DNA from: Schizochytrium sp. TIO01
Lineage: Eukaryota; Protista; Bigyra: Labyrinthulomycetes
Direction of reading: 5' to 3'
Length of the DNA: 64,000 bases
Assembly (NCBI GenBank): GCA_004764695.1
Contig: SMSO01000037.1
Span: 3,758,747 to 3,822,746, forward strand
Each line of letters opens with the position of its first letter. Positions within the stretch are counted from its first letter, which is position 1. The translations under genes were made by a program, and so were the position numbers. The notes under the pieces were generated by a model, which saw only the letters and a list, made by a program, of their open reading frames with translations, was not told the DNA's origin and did not search any database. Shown here one piece after another: positions 40,898-53,830 of the stretch.

Positions 40898-42926
40898 CGT
40901 CCCGTTACTCTCCAGCTGTACTCTGTGAGTGTCCTCACCTTTAACTGAGCTTGAATGCAAGCTCCTTTGGAGTTCGTGGACTGCTGTTTTCTACTCAGCC
41001 GGAAAGACGAATGGATCGCCGTCGGGCTCTAGTTCTCGACCTGGTGGTCTGCTATCTACAAGTGAACCGCTGGGGTACCAGTTCCTATCCCCCGATCCTT
41101 TGCCTGGAACTCGCTACACCAGGGGTCTTGGGTTGTCTCGGCCCGCTGCTTCCACCCGTGGCTGGACGGAGGCACCAGCTGCAGCTGCTGTGACGCCGGT
41201 GCTCCGAGTTTGGGACTTGTTGGCGATGGCACGAGTTGTCTCAAGAGTTAGAATGTACTCCCAGTGGTACCACCGTGTCTTGTATCACGCGCCAACAGAG
41301 GTAGGAACCTCTTATTATTTTATAAATTCATGTACTGATTGATCGATTTGATTAATTAAATGGAGAGTAGGTAGCGGATGAATAAATGAAGCCTCGTCTA
41401 TCGTGAAGAAATCACCGGTTCAGGAATGTGACATAAACGAGAAACTTATGGGAAGTAGACCATGTAAGGGTTAGGTACCTGAGTTTTATTGCCATTGCGG
41501 AGAAGCTATTGGGGCTCTTCTTTTGGGATTGTGAAGCTAACTGATGAAGAGAATCATTTGCGTTGGCAAGACTAGGCACTCAGTTAACTTATATTGGGAT
41601 ATCATAAGTCATGTGACCATCGCAGGTGACGGAGGCTTTCTTGCTACGAATGCCTGGGTACTCACGCTCTGATGAAGTATTACCCAGCTAAATAGTGTTT
41701 GCTACTCTGGTGTCAAAGACGGTTACCTAGTATTACCAGGAGTATTCGAAAGATAACTATGCACGATTCCTAGAATGTTACGATTGAGATTTCATTGATT
41801 GCTAACGGAGCATTGGTGGCAGAGAGAAGCAACTATATTAGTACATTAGTTTGTCGATAGTGTAAAAACAAGGTGCTTGGCAAGTGCGTTAATGAAGATA
41901 TAAAATTCTCATTTGCCAGGGGGTGCAATATTGGCAAATGGTATCATCGTTTTTCTCGACAGCGATGTTTTAAGAATGCCTTGCACCTTAAGTTCATATC
42001 GAGAGTTTCTTCGTGAGGGTATCTCCTTTTGACTATTTGACTTGCCCCGTTGGTGTTACCGAGTGAAAATTTAAAGAATGTAAGCTATCGATAGGTAGGT
42101 ATGCAAGGCTGATGAGATAGATGGTGCTGAGAATTATTCGGTTGAAGTTCAGGAATTTAAACTATGATCACGAAAACAACCTTGTAAATCAACATCAGGA
42201 GTATGATGCAAATCCCACGATTATCTCTAGATCCTTAAATCAAAGTAAAGCGCTTCTCTGTCGACGTTCTATATCTCAGTTCCATGATCTCGTTCCTCAT
42301 TTAAATTTCTACGCGTCTTCCAATTTCAGTGAATCCAAAGCTTGGCGCAGAAATTAGTGTAATATTTCGAAGGCAATTTGTGAGCTATATACAAAACCAC
42401 TGCTTCATGCATATACAAGTTAAGAGCAACTAGAGAATCAACCAGAACAAAAGCGAGGGTATGTTTACAAGTTGTCATGATTCTGTACCTACCCGTTCTG
42501 TGTGGAGGGGACAACTTGTATTACTACTTGTACGTCTAATTTCCCCAGAGTGTACTGAGATAAGCTTGCCTCCTCACAGTACAATAAATTGCAGGTAAAA
42601 GCAAGTTGTTTGTTTCGCACATACTAATAAGCAAGAGAGGCACTTGGTTGTTGGTTCAAGATCATTAATATTTTCTTTTTGTAAATCAGACAAATTGAGT
42701 TTCTAATTATGGTCACGGTCTGCTAGATGGATGGATACAGTCAAACAGCAAATATATTCGCTTGGTGCGGAGCGTGAATCAGGCACACTTGTGTCATGCA
42801 TGTGGGTAAGAGAAAGTTTGTACGTGTATGTACTCTTCCTCCATTTTTTCTTTTGAGAAGTCAGACAACATTAGTTGTCGGGTTTGTCATCATGAAATTT
42901 TGTGTGGATAGTTGCATAATGCAGGA

Positions 42927-44951
42927 TCAGATATCGACCTTAACGTAGCAGGCTCTGCTGTCGTTAGACTTGGCCGATGTCGGGATTTTCTTGTTCCAGA
43001 GGCGACACTTGTTCGCATCATCCTCGTACTCAACAGCAAAGCAGCCGTCATCGCAAAGCTCCATGCAGCTGTCGAGGGTTTTGACCTTCTTGACAACAGA
43101 GCTGTAGGAGTTAAGGGCGTTGCCGTTGAAAGTACACTGTTCACCGAGCTTGAAAAACTCCTTGTTTGTGCAAGCGGCACGTACTGTGGACCAAGAGCAC
43201 GATCCAGTACAGTCAGACTCAGAGAGAGAAGAGCAAGTGCCCTCGAGGGAAACCGGGGTAGAGTCAATGCTCATGGAGACACAGGTAGAGGTGGAGGCTG
43301 CAGATCCAACGGAGTCAATCTCAGCAGTCCAGAGCTGGCATTCACTGCTACCAGAGTTGTACTGAACACCAGTGCAGGAAGATCCAGCAGAAGCACAAGC
43401 GCTCATGCACTCGTAAATATCAGAAGCGGTCTCGGTGGTGTAAAAGGAGGACTTGGACTTCTTACCGCTACGGCATGCAGTGCCAGAGCCCATGCTGTAC
43501 ATGGCCTCAAAAGTGCAGGCAGAGTTGGTGGAGTCCCAGGAGCAGTAGTTGCTGGAGCCCGTGCACTCAGACTTGCTAAGGTCACAAGTCTCCTCATCAG
43601 AGCTAAGGGATCCGACCGTGGAGAGCGTGGTATCCTTGGAGGATTTGGAGTAGAAGAACTCGCACTCAGAAGAAACCATGTAGCTGAAGCGAGAGCACAT
43701 CTGGGTAATACGCTCCTCACGAAAGAGCGGGCGGCCATCAATGTACGGGTTTCCATAATCCATGATACCTCCGGTGGTGCCAACGCCGTTCTCAAAAGAG
43801 TGAGTCGCACCAAAGTTGTGACCTTGTTCGTGAGCGTAGACGGACCAGAAGAGATCAATGCGCTGAGAGACAGCTCCATTCCAGCCGTAAGTTCCGTAGC
43901 GGCATCCAGCGGTACCAACGTTAGCGGTTCCGACGGTCTGACTCTGGCCATTGGCCACAAGCGGGTAGCAGTTAGTCATGAAGTGCCAGCTGCCCTGCTG
44001 GAGGCTGTCCGGAAGAGTCTTAAGAAATGAGGACCATGCACTAAGAGTGGCAGAGGTGCCGGATTTACAAGTGGTGAAGACATCATCATCGGCATTGGAG
44101 TCTCCTGCAACGAGAACCTGACCAATCACAAGGTGCACGTTCATCTGGTACTCGTACACTGAGGAGGAAAATGCAACGACAGATTCCACAGCGCTGATAG
44201 CCTTGGAGCGAGAACCGTAGTAGCTCTTGAGCGACGCGTCAATGGCGATACCGTGCTCGAAGTAGTGGTCCTTAGAGTCGCTATCGTAGCAGTCGCCATC
44301 GCCGTAGTACACGTGAGACGAGGAAGAGCGTGTAGAGATGGTCACAGCGCGACCTGTGGAGTTGGTGGAGTTGGTCGGGTCCGAGATGGAGGACACCTTG
44401 GGAGCAGGGATAGAAATAGGTCCGAGGCCACAGGAGAACTCCTCCGTGGTGAGGTGGCGAGCAAAATAGTGGGAGCTAGCAGTCTCTGCGTCATAGTCCG
44501 GGATGGTACTCAAAGCACGGCGGAAGGAGTTTTCCTCAAGGCTGCGCTCAAGGCGGTTGCGGTGGCTAAACTGCATGGTCGTGGGACCATCAGCGGAGGT
44601 GTCATTGAAGACAACACCATGGAGGGTCTTATCTTCCTGGATAGTTGCCACAACCCAGCCCTGGCCACGGGACATCCACTTGAAGGTGTGCCTGGGCTGC
44701 TCCACGGTGTCGTCAGAGTAGATCTTCTTTACGACTCGAAGAATGTAGTGGTGGACAGTGTTATTAAACATGAGGGACAGGTCCATGACGTCTCCCTCAA
44801 CCTGATACTCAATATTGTCGATGAGGTATAATGAGAGGTTTTCCTCATTTGCGGTGTAGTCGTGCACGTGAGCATCGCCCTCGTGCATGTGGGCGACGGC
44901 TCCCTGCATGCACGCAAGGAGCGCGATCAAGACGGCCGTGAGCTTGAACAT
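42927..44951 (-). CDS. Secreted M12B (reprolysin/ADAM-like) zinc metalloprotease with prodomain and two C-terminal [small Cys module + PAN/apple] units
   Basis: Signal peptide MFKLTAVLIALLACMQGAVA, cysteine-switch-like FSCG, zinc motif HEQGHNFGATH, Met-turn GIMDY. PAN-like segments ECMSAC...CTGVQY...CQLW and SCMELC...CFAVEY...CRLW. Confidence 0.9.
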   Translation of the reverse strand: MFKLTAVLIALLACMQGAVAHMHEGDAHVHDYTANEENLSLYLIDNIEYQVEGDVMDLSLMFNNTVHHYILRVVKKIYSDDTVEQPRHTFKWMSRGQGWVVATIQEDKTLHGVVFNDTSADGPTTMQFSHRNRLERSLEENSFRRALSTIPDYDAETASSHYFARHLTTEEFSCGLGPISIPAPKVSSISDPTNSTNSTGRAVTISTRSSSSHVYYGDGDCYDSDSKDHYFEHGIAIDASLKSYYGSRSKAISAVESVVAFSSSVYEYQMNVHLVIGQVLVAGDSNADDDVFTTCKSGTSATLSAWSSFLKTLPDSLQQGSWHFMTNCYPLVANGQSQTVGTANVGTAGCRYGTYGWNGAVSQRIDLFWSVYAHEQGHNFGATHSFENGVGTTGGIMDYGNPYIDGRPLFREERITQMCSRFSYMVSSECEFFYSKSSKDTTLSTVGSLSSDEETCDLSKSECTGSSNYCSWDSTNSACTFEAMYSMGSGTACRSGKKSKSSFYTTETASDIYECMSACASAGSSCTGVQYNSGSSECQLWTAEIDSVGSAASTSTCVSMSIDSTPVSLEGTCSSLSESDCTGSCSWSTVRAACTNKEFFKLGEQCTFNGNALNSYSSVVKKVKTLDSCMELCDDGCFAVEYEDDANKCRLWNKKIPTSAKSNDSRACYVKVDI

Positions 44952-45699
44952 TTTCTTTGCTGTCGGTGTCTTGCTTGCTTTGTTTCTGGCAATCTATCTA
45001 TTTACTAAACTCTACAGCTTGAATGAGGGCGACAACTTTCCTGCCGCTTGCTCGATAAATGCTAGATTTGGAGCAGTTTATCTATGGGTAGAGGATTGAT
45101 TGGTAATAATTATTTGATGAGGTGCAGACCAGGCTGAAGCCAAGCTTGAGCCACGTTAGTGCCCTTTGCTGTTAGTAGCTTGCTGGTTGCTGCTGGTTGC
45201 TCCCGGAGTTTGGGGTTTGCTCGCTCGGCGTCTTCGCTTTGCCGATTTCTTTTCTTTTCTTATTTACTTCCTAGGCTACTAGCAGTCGTGGCTAGCGCCG
45301 AGTTTTTGTTTTGCTTCTTCGAAAGTTGTGATGTGAGCGACTGCTGTTTTCCCCTCCCTCTTCCACTGTGTTTTCGTTCTCATAAGATGTTCTATACTAA
45401 CTTATTGCAGTTTTTACAAAAACATTTTTTGACTTAAAACTTTTTCAAAATGCTTTCATTTTTATATTAAAAAAAAAAAAACAATTATGAATCTTTAAAA
45501 AAAATAAATAGATATAACATTTTTATATTTCAATAACTAGGACTTGATTGCGGTCTACTAATGCACGCTATTGGCGGTCTCGCTAAGGTTTCCCTCCTTC
45601 CCTGCTTCCTTTTTAGATTGGTATTTTGTTGAGGTTGCGTATCTGTACAAGTGCTTCATATTTCAGGTCTTGTTATTTCCTGCTCCCTCGCTCCCTCGC

Positions 45700-45798
45700 C
45701 CCCTCACTCACATCCTCACTCCCTCACTCCCCTCACTCACTCCCTCACATCCTCACTCACTCATTCACTCACTCACTCGCTCACTCACTCATTCATTC
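45700..45798. repeat. Degenerate (TCAC/TCCC/TCAT)n low-complexity tract upstream of the protease gene
   Basis: Visible CTCA/TCAC iterations. Confidence 0.8.
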
Positions 45799-48700
45799 GC
45801 GCTCTCTGGCGCGTCTCTGCATTGCTCAGTCAGAGCCCCCTCTTTCCCGGAGAGACTCTCTGCTCTTCCCCTCTGAGGTCCCTCCCTCTCACCCCACTGG
45901 TCATATGTCTCGCGGCAGACACGTGGTACCTGCGTTTATATGAACGAACATTACCTCCACCAATTCAATTCATTTTGCATTTTACTTTATGAGCACAGGA
46001 GACATCTTTTTAAGTGTTCCATTTTCAAGTCGTGTGTTTCAGAGAGTAAAATAAACATATTGAAAAAATTATAAATTATAAAAAGCGATGGCAAAATGAG
46101 AATAGATCGCAGATTGAAGAGAACATGTTCAGGTTGGTTTGCCAAGCTGCTAGGAACACCGGAGAGGCTCAGCAGAGGTTGTTTAAACTGATTGATCAGA
46201 GATCTGCGTCTTTTCGAGGAAGGGTTATGATGACTTTGCCCTTCAACGCAGCAAAGGCGAGATTCTGGATTTCATTTCTTTCGTTCCGTTTCGAACTAAA
46301 AACAAAACAAAACATTTTTTTAATTTAAACTCATGTCATGTGTTCTCATTTAGGTTTTGCGCAAAAAACAAAAACAAAGATAAGAACACCTCGAAGATCA
46401 TCTCATTTAATGGTAATGATAGGTAAGTATTATCAATAGAGTAGACCACTGGCCTTCCTGATTTCGCACTTCCAAGTGCGCTGTAAGGTTCGCAAACCAT
46501 CTTATTAGACTTCTTCCCTCTTTCGGCCGCCTTGGAGGATTGGTTTCTAAGTAAAACAAAAGCTGCCTGTCTATTATCTATCCATCTCTTCTGCTGCTTC
46601 TTCCGCATGTTTAGGTGCTACTCGACTTCTTCATACTCTCTGGTTATTGCTTGCACTTCTAGGTGGTTATCTCGAGGTTATAAGACGTCTTCTTGGCATG
46701 ACTGAAAGCTCTTCTTGGTTTTACGAAAGAACAAGGACAAGCTTCGTGTTCCGTTCTTGTTTCACTTAGAGCAGAAAACAGTTTTTCATTATTATGAAGA
46801 ACAGAAGAACAAAAGAAAAGAAAAAAAGAACAGAGCTAGTCTTTTAATTTATCCGTAACACGTTAAAAAGAAACGTTCCCACTTTACCTCTGAAAAGCGG
46901 CCACATGCCCGCACGGTAGCAGTGTGCAATTGTCGGAGCAATGAACTTGAAAGAGTGGCGAACGAGACGGAGTCTTCTGAAACAGATAAATGAGTTGAGT
47001 TTTGGAAATACGCATAAGCAGCTCGCTCTATCTCATCTATAGCTAGTAAGCTCTACCGTCAGAACAGAACAGTAGAAAAGAGGAAACCCTCTTACATTTT
47101 GTAGAACAAACAACAACGTTTAATTAAGATGAATTAGTTTGTTTGTTTATAAAGAATAAATGAACAAAAGAAATGAACAAAAGTGAATCAGAACGAACCG
47201 AAGGAGCAAGTTGCTCGGCAAGCGCCGCGCGTGGAGCATTTCGCCTTCAACTTCGCCGCTACTGATACCCTGAAGAGGGTGGGCGAAAGCTCGTTGGCGT
47301 TCAGAACAGATCGCGTGAGAGCAACTTGTGCATCCGGTCCTTCAGCCGCTCAACGAGCTGGCGAGGACAATAGAGCAAGGGAGGGATGCCCTGTCATTTT
47401 GTCATCGTTAGCCTGCCAGCAAGTTCTTTTAGTGTTGTTTGTTTACAGTACTTTTTGTTTTGCGCATAAAAGTAAACACACGAATGAACCCCTATTTTAA
47501 TTTATTAAAAAAAACACTAAAACTAAAAAAACTAGAACTACTAAATAAAGCAACTTTTAACAATAGAACAACAATAAATAAAATACTTAAAAACACATAC
47601 CGTTCTCTGTTTTGCGTTGTTTCTGCTCAATTTGAAGATGAAAGCGCAGCTTTACCCGTCATCATGCGGCCGCAACAATCAATCTTTATGTTCTCTCGCA
47701 GGTGCAGCAGCGAGCAAACCAGCAGATCAGTCGATCGTCTGCCTGCAAGTCATCCGTTTCCATCCTCTCGGTCGGTCGGTCGGTCAGTCAGTCGGCCAGC
47801 TGCGGTTCGTGTCATGCACAACCTGCGGCATGTCTTGCCTGAGTCTTGAAGAATGGCGGTCTCATGACGTCGTTCGTCCATTGATTTATTCAATGATTTA
47901 TTTGTTTAGCTGTTCTTCTTTTCTTGTTTATTTCTTTGTTTGTTTGTTTATTTTGTTCCGCGTTCTGTTGTTCTCTCTGTCTAGTTGTGCAAACTACAAA
48001 TTGCCCTGCGCCCTCCTTACTTAGTTAGTATTTTACAATTTATTACTTTTCTTTTTCCTTTCCTTTTTGTAAATACTAAAATAAACGCACATACACATGG
48101 ATGGGCGGGTATCTAGTAAGATCGTGGGCGATTAGAGCTATTCAACTTGCCATCCTTCGGGCGCTTTTCCTGTGTAGACAGGCGATGCCTCGACTCGCTC
48201 GCTCTGCGGCTGAGGAGCGGGAGTGGGCAGCTACCTACGCCGCTGCTTCCGCTGCTTCCGCGGCGCAAGGCATCAGCCGCCTCGACTTGCACAACCGCGC
48301 TCGGCTTCGGGGAGGTCTGACCAAGCAGGGCGGGTGAGGGACCGCAAACATACAAAAGCGATGAGAGTCAACAAACACACAATCGATAGAGGGATTTTAA
48401 AAACACAAGAAAAAATACAAAGCAAGCAAGCCAACAATAATAAATTAATAAATTAATAAATTAATCTGAAACTTGAGAGTGAAACTACTAATGAGCGAGA
48501 AGCAAGCAAGCAAGCTCTGCGGAGGAAATGCAATTGCGTGGGATTTCTGACGCATCGCCTTGAAACTCTGAGATGCTTGGATTGCTGGCTGGGTAGTTAG
48601 TTGGTTGCCGGAGCGTGCCTTTGCAGCTAGGATTAGCGACATATAATCGTTCGCACGGCAGCAAGGGCAGAAGAAATGTTGTGCACGAAGCATTGCTAGA

Positions 48701-50504
48701 CTGTTTTGTTTATTGTGTGTCTGTCTGCCTGGGAGTTTTAAGAACGTCTTTCTTTAGTTTTCTTTCCTCGAAAGAACAACTGTTCTCTAAAACATCTGCG
48801 CATACGGTGGTCTAGTTAGTTCACAACTTTTTTATTTTCTTTGTTACCCCCCTCCATTTTAAAATTAGAAAAACAAAATAAAATAAAAAGAAAAGTCTCA
48901 CAATAGAAATAAAAAAGAACCTGAAAAGGTAAGATATCGAGTAAACAGCGGAGTCGGCGCGCGCAGTGTTATTCGTGAGCAGATCGCTCCGGACTTCACG
49001 CGCAACGGAAGCTCAGCAGGATGCTTGTCCGCCTGCCGTTTAGACACAACCTCGGCTTGCACGAAGGTTCTGGCCCCGGCGCCCGACGTCCGCTTCTCGC
49101 AGGACGCTGTGCGCGCGCTGCTCCGGCTAGCTGCAGATCAGCCACGCTTGCGACGGTCGCCGGTGACCTGTGCTGTAAATCATATTATATATATATTTAT
49201 TTGCACTCTCATTAACGTTCGCAGACAAGCTCGAGAAAGGTATAGATAGACGAGTGTTTGCAAAGATCTCCACCGAAAACTGTGCTACTCATTCGTGGAA
49301 AGAGTTTCAGAAAGAGCGAGGCTATTTCTCTCACGCTGATATTGTCGTTGCTGCTGCCGCTCCTTTGCTGATGGGAGAAAGAGGTCCTGCTCTTTTCTTT
49401 CACGCAGGCTCGTACACAGTAACGTACGCAGCAAAGTTTTCAATGCAATGCAACTATTGATGAAGATCCCTTAGTGAATTGAGTGCAATCAGGTCACCAC
49501 TACATGTGTCAATCATGGATAATGGGTTGCACGTCTAGCATTAATTTCACAAAGAGACAAGCTGCTGGTCGATTCTTCGATTCTTCATCGTAACATATTA
49601 CAGCTCAGGGAAAAGCCAAGCTCGAAAGTTAACATGAAACTCGACCAGCCTAAGGAATGCACAATGCTAAGATTTCGGGGGTAGGGTCTGAACGCATGTC
49701 ACTCGAGCATGCACATGTCGTTATCACTCCTTCATATTCATTCTAGGAGTCCGTGTTGTCATATCAATCTTGATACTGCGAATTCCAATTCCTAAGTTTT
49801 CTTTTTCTTTTTCCTTTTCTTTTGCTAATTTTTTAAAATAAACTACTACCACTTTCCTACCTACCAACTAATGCAAATCTTAACACAGTATTACTGTCAC
49901 TATCACAGTAGTACTGCTTATTATCATAGGCACAGAAGTCTCGTCTCTTTTCAAGTGCCACTGCAACGATAATGCACGCGCACAGGCGAGCGAATGAGTG
50001 ATGAACGCCAGGTATGTGTATTAATTCATCTGTTATGAAGTTCGACTTACGTTGCCGCACGAGCCATGCATGCGGCGTCTCCGTCCCGAGTTTGTGGTTG
50101 CAAAAATGTCTCGCGCCGGCGATGCCTCGGAGAGAACGCGCTCACGCCTCTAGGTAAGCCTCCAAAGCCAAGCGCGTTTCGGGAGACAGGCGTGGTTTCC
50201 TTCTTTCCACTCCTTTCCTTTCCTTTCAAAGGAAACAAAGAGAAACTACACATTTCCCCCCATTATTATTATTATTGTTATTTAAATAATTAATAATCAT
50301 TAAGCTTCAACAGCCAATTAGTTCTCGCGCACACGCGGACCGTCTTTTTCAAGCTACACGCTCACGTGCATACGCTCTGCCGCGTTTGTTTCCCACCCCT
50401 GCGCAAGACCCAACGCTGCAGCAGTGCGTGCGTGTCGTGTTGCACGGCTCGAGGAGGGTGGGTGGGTCTTTTGAAGCCAGGCCTGTCTCTCTATTAAGAA
50501 ATAT

Positions 50505-50505
<1 letters not shown>

Positions 50506-50557
<52 letters not shown>
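50506..50557. repeat. (GAAA)n microsatellite
   Basis: About 13 copies. Confidence 0.95.
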
Positions 50558-50558
<1 letters not shown>

Positions 50559-50924
50559 GGGGGGCCAGCCGCACTGCGGGGCATGTGCAGGCGCCGATCT
50601 ATACAAGATACATAAACAGAGGGAGAGAGAGAGGGAGGGACAGCCAGAGGGAGAGAGAGGGCGAAGCGACGTGTGTGAGACCTCTCGCGGCGGTCTCCTC
50701 CGTCGGGGCGGCGTCGATGTGCAGCCGCTTCGGAGCAGGCCGAAAGACGCCTCTGCGGGGCCGTTCTGAAAGCTGTAGCTTTGCTTTGCGGTTTCGTGGT
50801 GCTGAGAGGCCGCCGCCGTTGGGATTGATTCAGGCAGGCCCATGCGCCGACTCCCTTTCGCAACTTTCACTCAAGAAAAAGAGGGAAGTTTCCTTTTTCT
50901 AATAATTAATTCAATTTCAATTTA

Positions 50925-50985
50925 AACAAAAACAAGAACAAAAACAAGAACAAAAACAAGAACATAAACAAGAACATAAGCAAAA
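50925..50985. repeat. 12-bp minisatellite (AACAAAAACAAG)n
   Basis: About 5 copies with minor variants. Confidence 0.85.
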
Positions 50986-53785
50986 AGACTCTTTTTTATT
51001 TATTTAATAATTTGTTTAATAGATTATGAAAACAAAACAAAATAAAGAAGCCTGAGAATAATGTCTTCTTGTTGTGAATTCATGGCCGAAAGGTGCTCTA
51101 CAGTAAGGCGAAATAGAGGGCGGGCTTCCTCCCTCCGGCACCACGAGAGTCGGGCCGCACGGCAGCGTGGACTCGAAAGGGCAGAAAGTGCGCTGCCAGC
51201 TGGTACTAAAGATACTCTCCAGGTAAGTTGCTCTTGGTGGCGCTCAACAGCTTGACGACAGACAGATAATCAATGCGCGCCTTCGGAACGAAAATTAAGA
51301 AAGACACCTTCGCGCCGGTGTTGGCGTGTGCGGTCCTCATTTGAAGGGGTACAGTAGAAGAAGAATTGCTTGCAGATATGAGCAAACGAACTCAGAAGAC
51401 AAAAGGTTCTTCGGAGTCTCATGGAGGAGATCAGATACACGAGAACTTTCTTAAAGCAATGTTGATCTCGTAATGTTAGTTGGATGCCAACGCAACTCTA
51501 TACCACGAAATCATCTCTGTGAATGAATGAAAAGCGAGCTGCTCTGAAGATTTTTTGCTGTGGATGGGCTCACTTCTGTGGTGAGTAAAGACATCGTGAG
51601 AACCTGTACGTGCATCGCATAGTCTAAGCTGCCAAGATCGAGCCTAGTCGTCGTCTTCGTGCGACCAAAATCCATTGCATCACAGCGAGCTGGGCCCTGC
51701 TCGGAAGGCCCGGCCCAGAGAAATCGGGCTCTAGTTGGTATTTCGAGAGCTAACTTCAGAGCGCAACAACCCGAAATCCTGGAAGCCTTGATACCTGGAA
51801 GGAGAGCTTGGCCCTGGAGGATTGGAAACCCTCGCCAGGCGGCAGCAGCGGCCAGTCAAGGGGGTTTAAAACGTCTGGCGAGTGGGCGTCGTCGCTGCAA
51901 ATCCTGTAATTGTGAGCCTGTAGACAGACAAACAGACACACAGACACCTCGTGGATTCGAAACTAACCGAGGCTGCACCACCTCGTGGACCCTTTTTCTT
52001 TTGTCACAAGTGAAGGTACCCGGTAATGAATGTATTGTTACAGTCGCCGTAATGATGCATGTGCTTGCTTTAATGCTCATGGATTGATCATTGATGATCA
52101 TGCTCTTCAAGATCTTCAAGATCGCTTGATTTCTGAGGAGACGGCCGAAGTGCAGGGGAGGAGGTTTCGAAACGATCATTAGAGGAGTTTGTGCTGACCG
52201 GCAATGCGCTACAGGGATTTCAGAGAAGGCGCCGCCGAGCACGCGTCTCCCTCTTTGCAGGCTTTCTGGTCTCCATGGTAGCTTTTTCATTTTTGCAATG
52301 ATCCTATCGCTCTTTTCCTGTTTCCAAAAAAAGAAAGCAAGATGAAAGTTTTTTGGTTGTTTGTGCATGAAAGAAAGTAATGAAATGCTTTTGCACCCGA
52401 GCTCATTACGGCATCAAGCCAGGTGGTTCTCTCGAAGCCGCGCCTGCACACACACAAACATTACCTCAGGACACGCGACGCTCATGCACGCTGCTCAGCA
52501 AGCTGTCTCTGCGCTCTGTCGCATCCTCTTTCGATCCTCCTCGACGCATGCGCGCGCGTGGCAGAGTTTTTGTTAATCGATGAGATTCACTACACTGAAA
52601 GAAGTATTTTAGAAACAATAGTATTGGGCGCGTAGTATTTTTTATAGCTTTATTTTTTACTTTAAAAATAATTATAATATGATGAACCAAAAAATGAACA
52701 TTGCATCACCCCTTTTTGAAGAAACATAGATTAAACATTAGTAGAAAGAAGAGGCACCAAGTACTCTTATCGAGTTCAATGAGGATACGCAGGCCGAGCA
52801 AGACCAAGCATGTCTGATCGAGAGCAGTTCGACATTGCCTCAGCTCGCAGTAACGCGAAACAGTCTGGCCCTGGCTGGTAATCCCGCGGGAGCTGGGTTA
52901 GCCCGGTCTTGGCATCGAAGAATCTCCCAGCAATATTTTTCAATTTTTGAAGTCTTGAACAGCTCCAAATAACTTTTATTTAATTAAAAAAAAACTATTT
53001 AAAAAAAACTCTAATACACAAGATGAAGCGCTCTCGGGGTCTCGTAGCTTCACGCGCTGCTGCTCCGCAGATTGGGAGACAGGCGCGCGAAAAGCCTACG
53101 GGGCGACAATGGAGGTTGCTGTCGGCGCCCTGCGCCTTTGCGTGCTACGCTTATTGAGCCATCGTGCCAGCTCGCTCGAGGCCAAGCTGCAGGGCTCGCA
53201 AGACCAGCTTCGAGCGTGCCGTGCAATGCACCGCAGAGGTGGATGGAGCCTTCGAGTATGTCTCGTCGCCTGAAGAAGGGAGGGCTGAAAGAATAAGAAC
53301 AATAATAATAAGAAGAAGAGGAAATAAAAAAGTCCCTTTTGGTCACTGTTGCTGCTGCCGAACGACGGTTACTGCTGCTCATGGGGCTCAGCTCGTGCTG
53401 GTTGCTGAAGCGCAGATGTTGGCGCGCGTACGTGCCACCTAGCTGGAGTGCCGGCAGCACCGGTGCTCTCGGAGAAGAGCAAAGCACGATTCTTGCTTCG
53501 TGTCTCAATCAATCAATCAATCAATCAATCAAACAAACAGCATCGACCATGAAGAAGGCCTGCGCACATTTAAATATATTATTTTTTTAAAGGGAAAAAA
53601 AAGGGCTCCATCTTGGCCGCGGTCGTGAACGGGCGGAGTTGAAGTGTAAAGTAACAAATGAAAAGGGGAGTCTTTTTTTCGCTTCGCGCAAATGTCAGGA
53701 ATAGGGTTGTTCTTTTCACAAGTTTTCTTTCTTCTTTCGCACCTACTACCCTCCAGAGAAGGAAGCGTCTCCAGAGAAGGAACGA

Positions 53786-53829
<44 letters not shown>
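53786..53829. repeat. (TTGC)n microsatellite
   Basis: About 11 copies. Confidence 0.95.

Positions 53830-53830
<1 letters not shown>

Noticed and set aside
40898-41290. GC-rich, protein-like sequence in frame upstream of the ABCC ATG
   Set aside because: Two in-frame TAGs and a TGA, no upstream ATG and no clear splice sites. Treated as 5' UTR or decayed extension, not readthrough.
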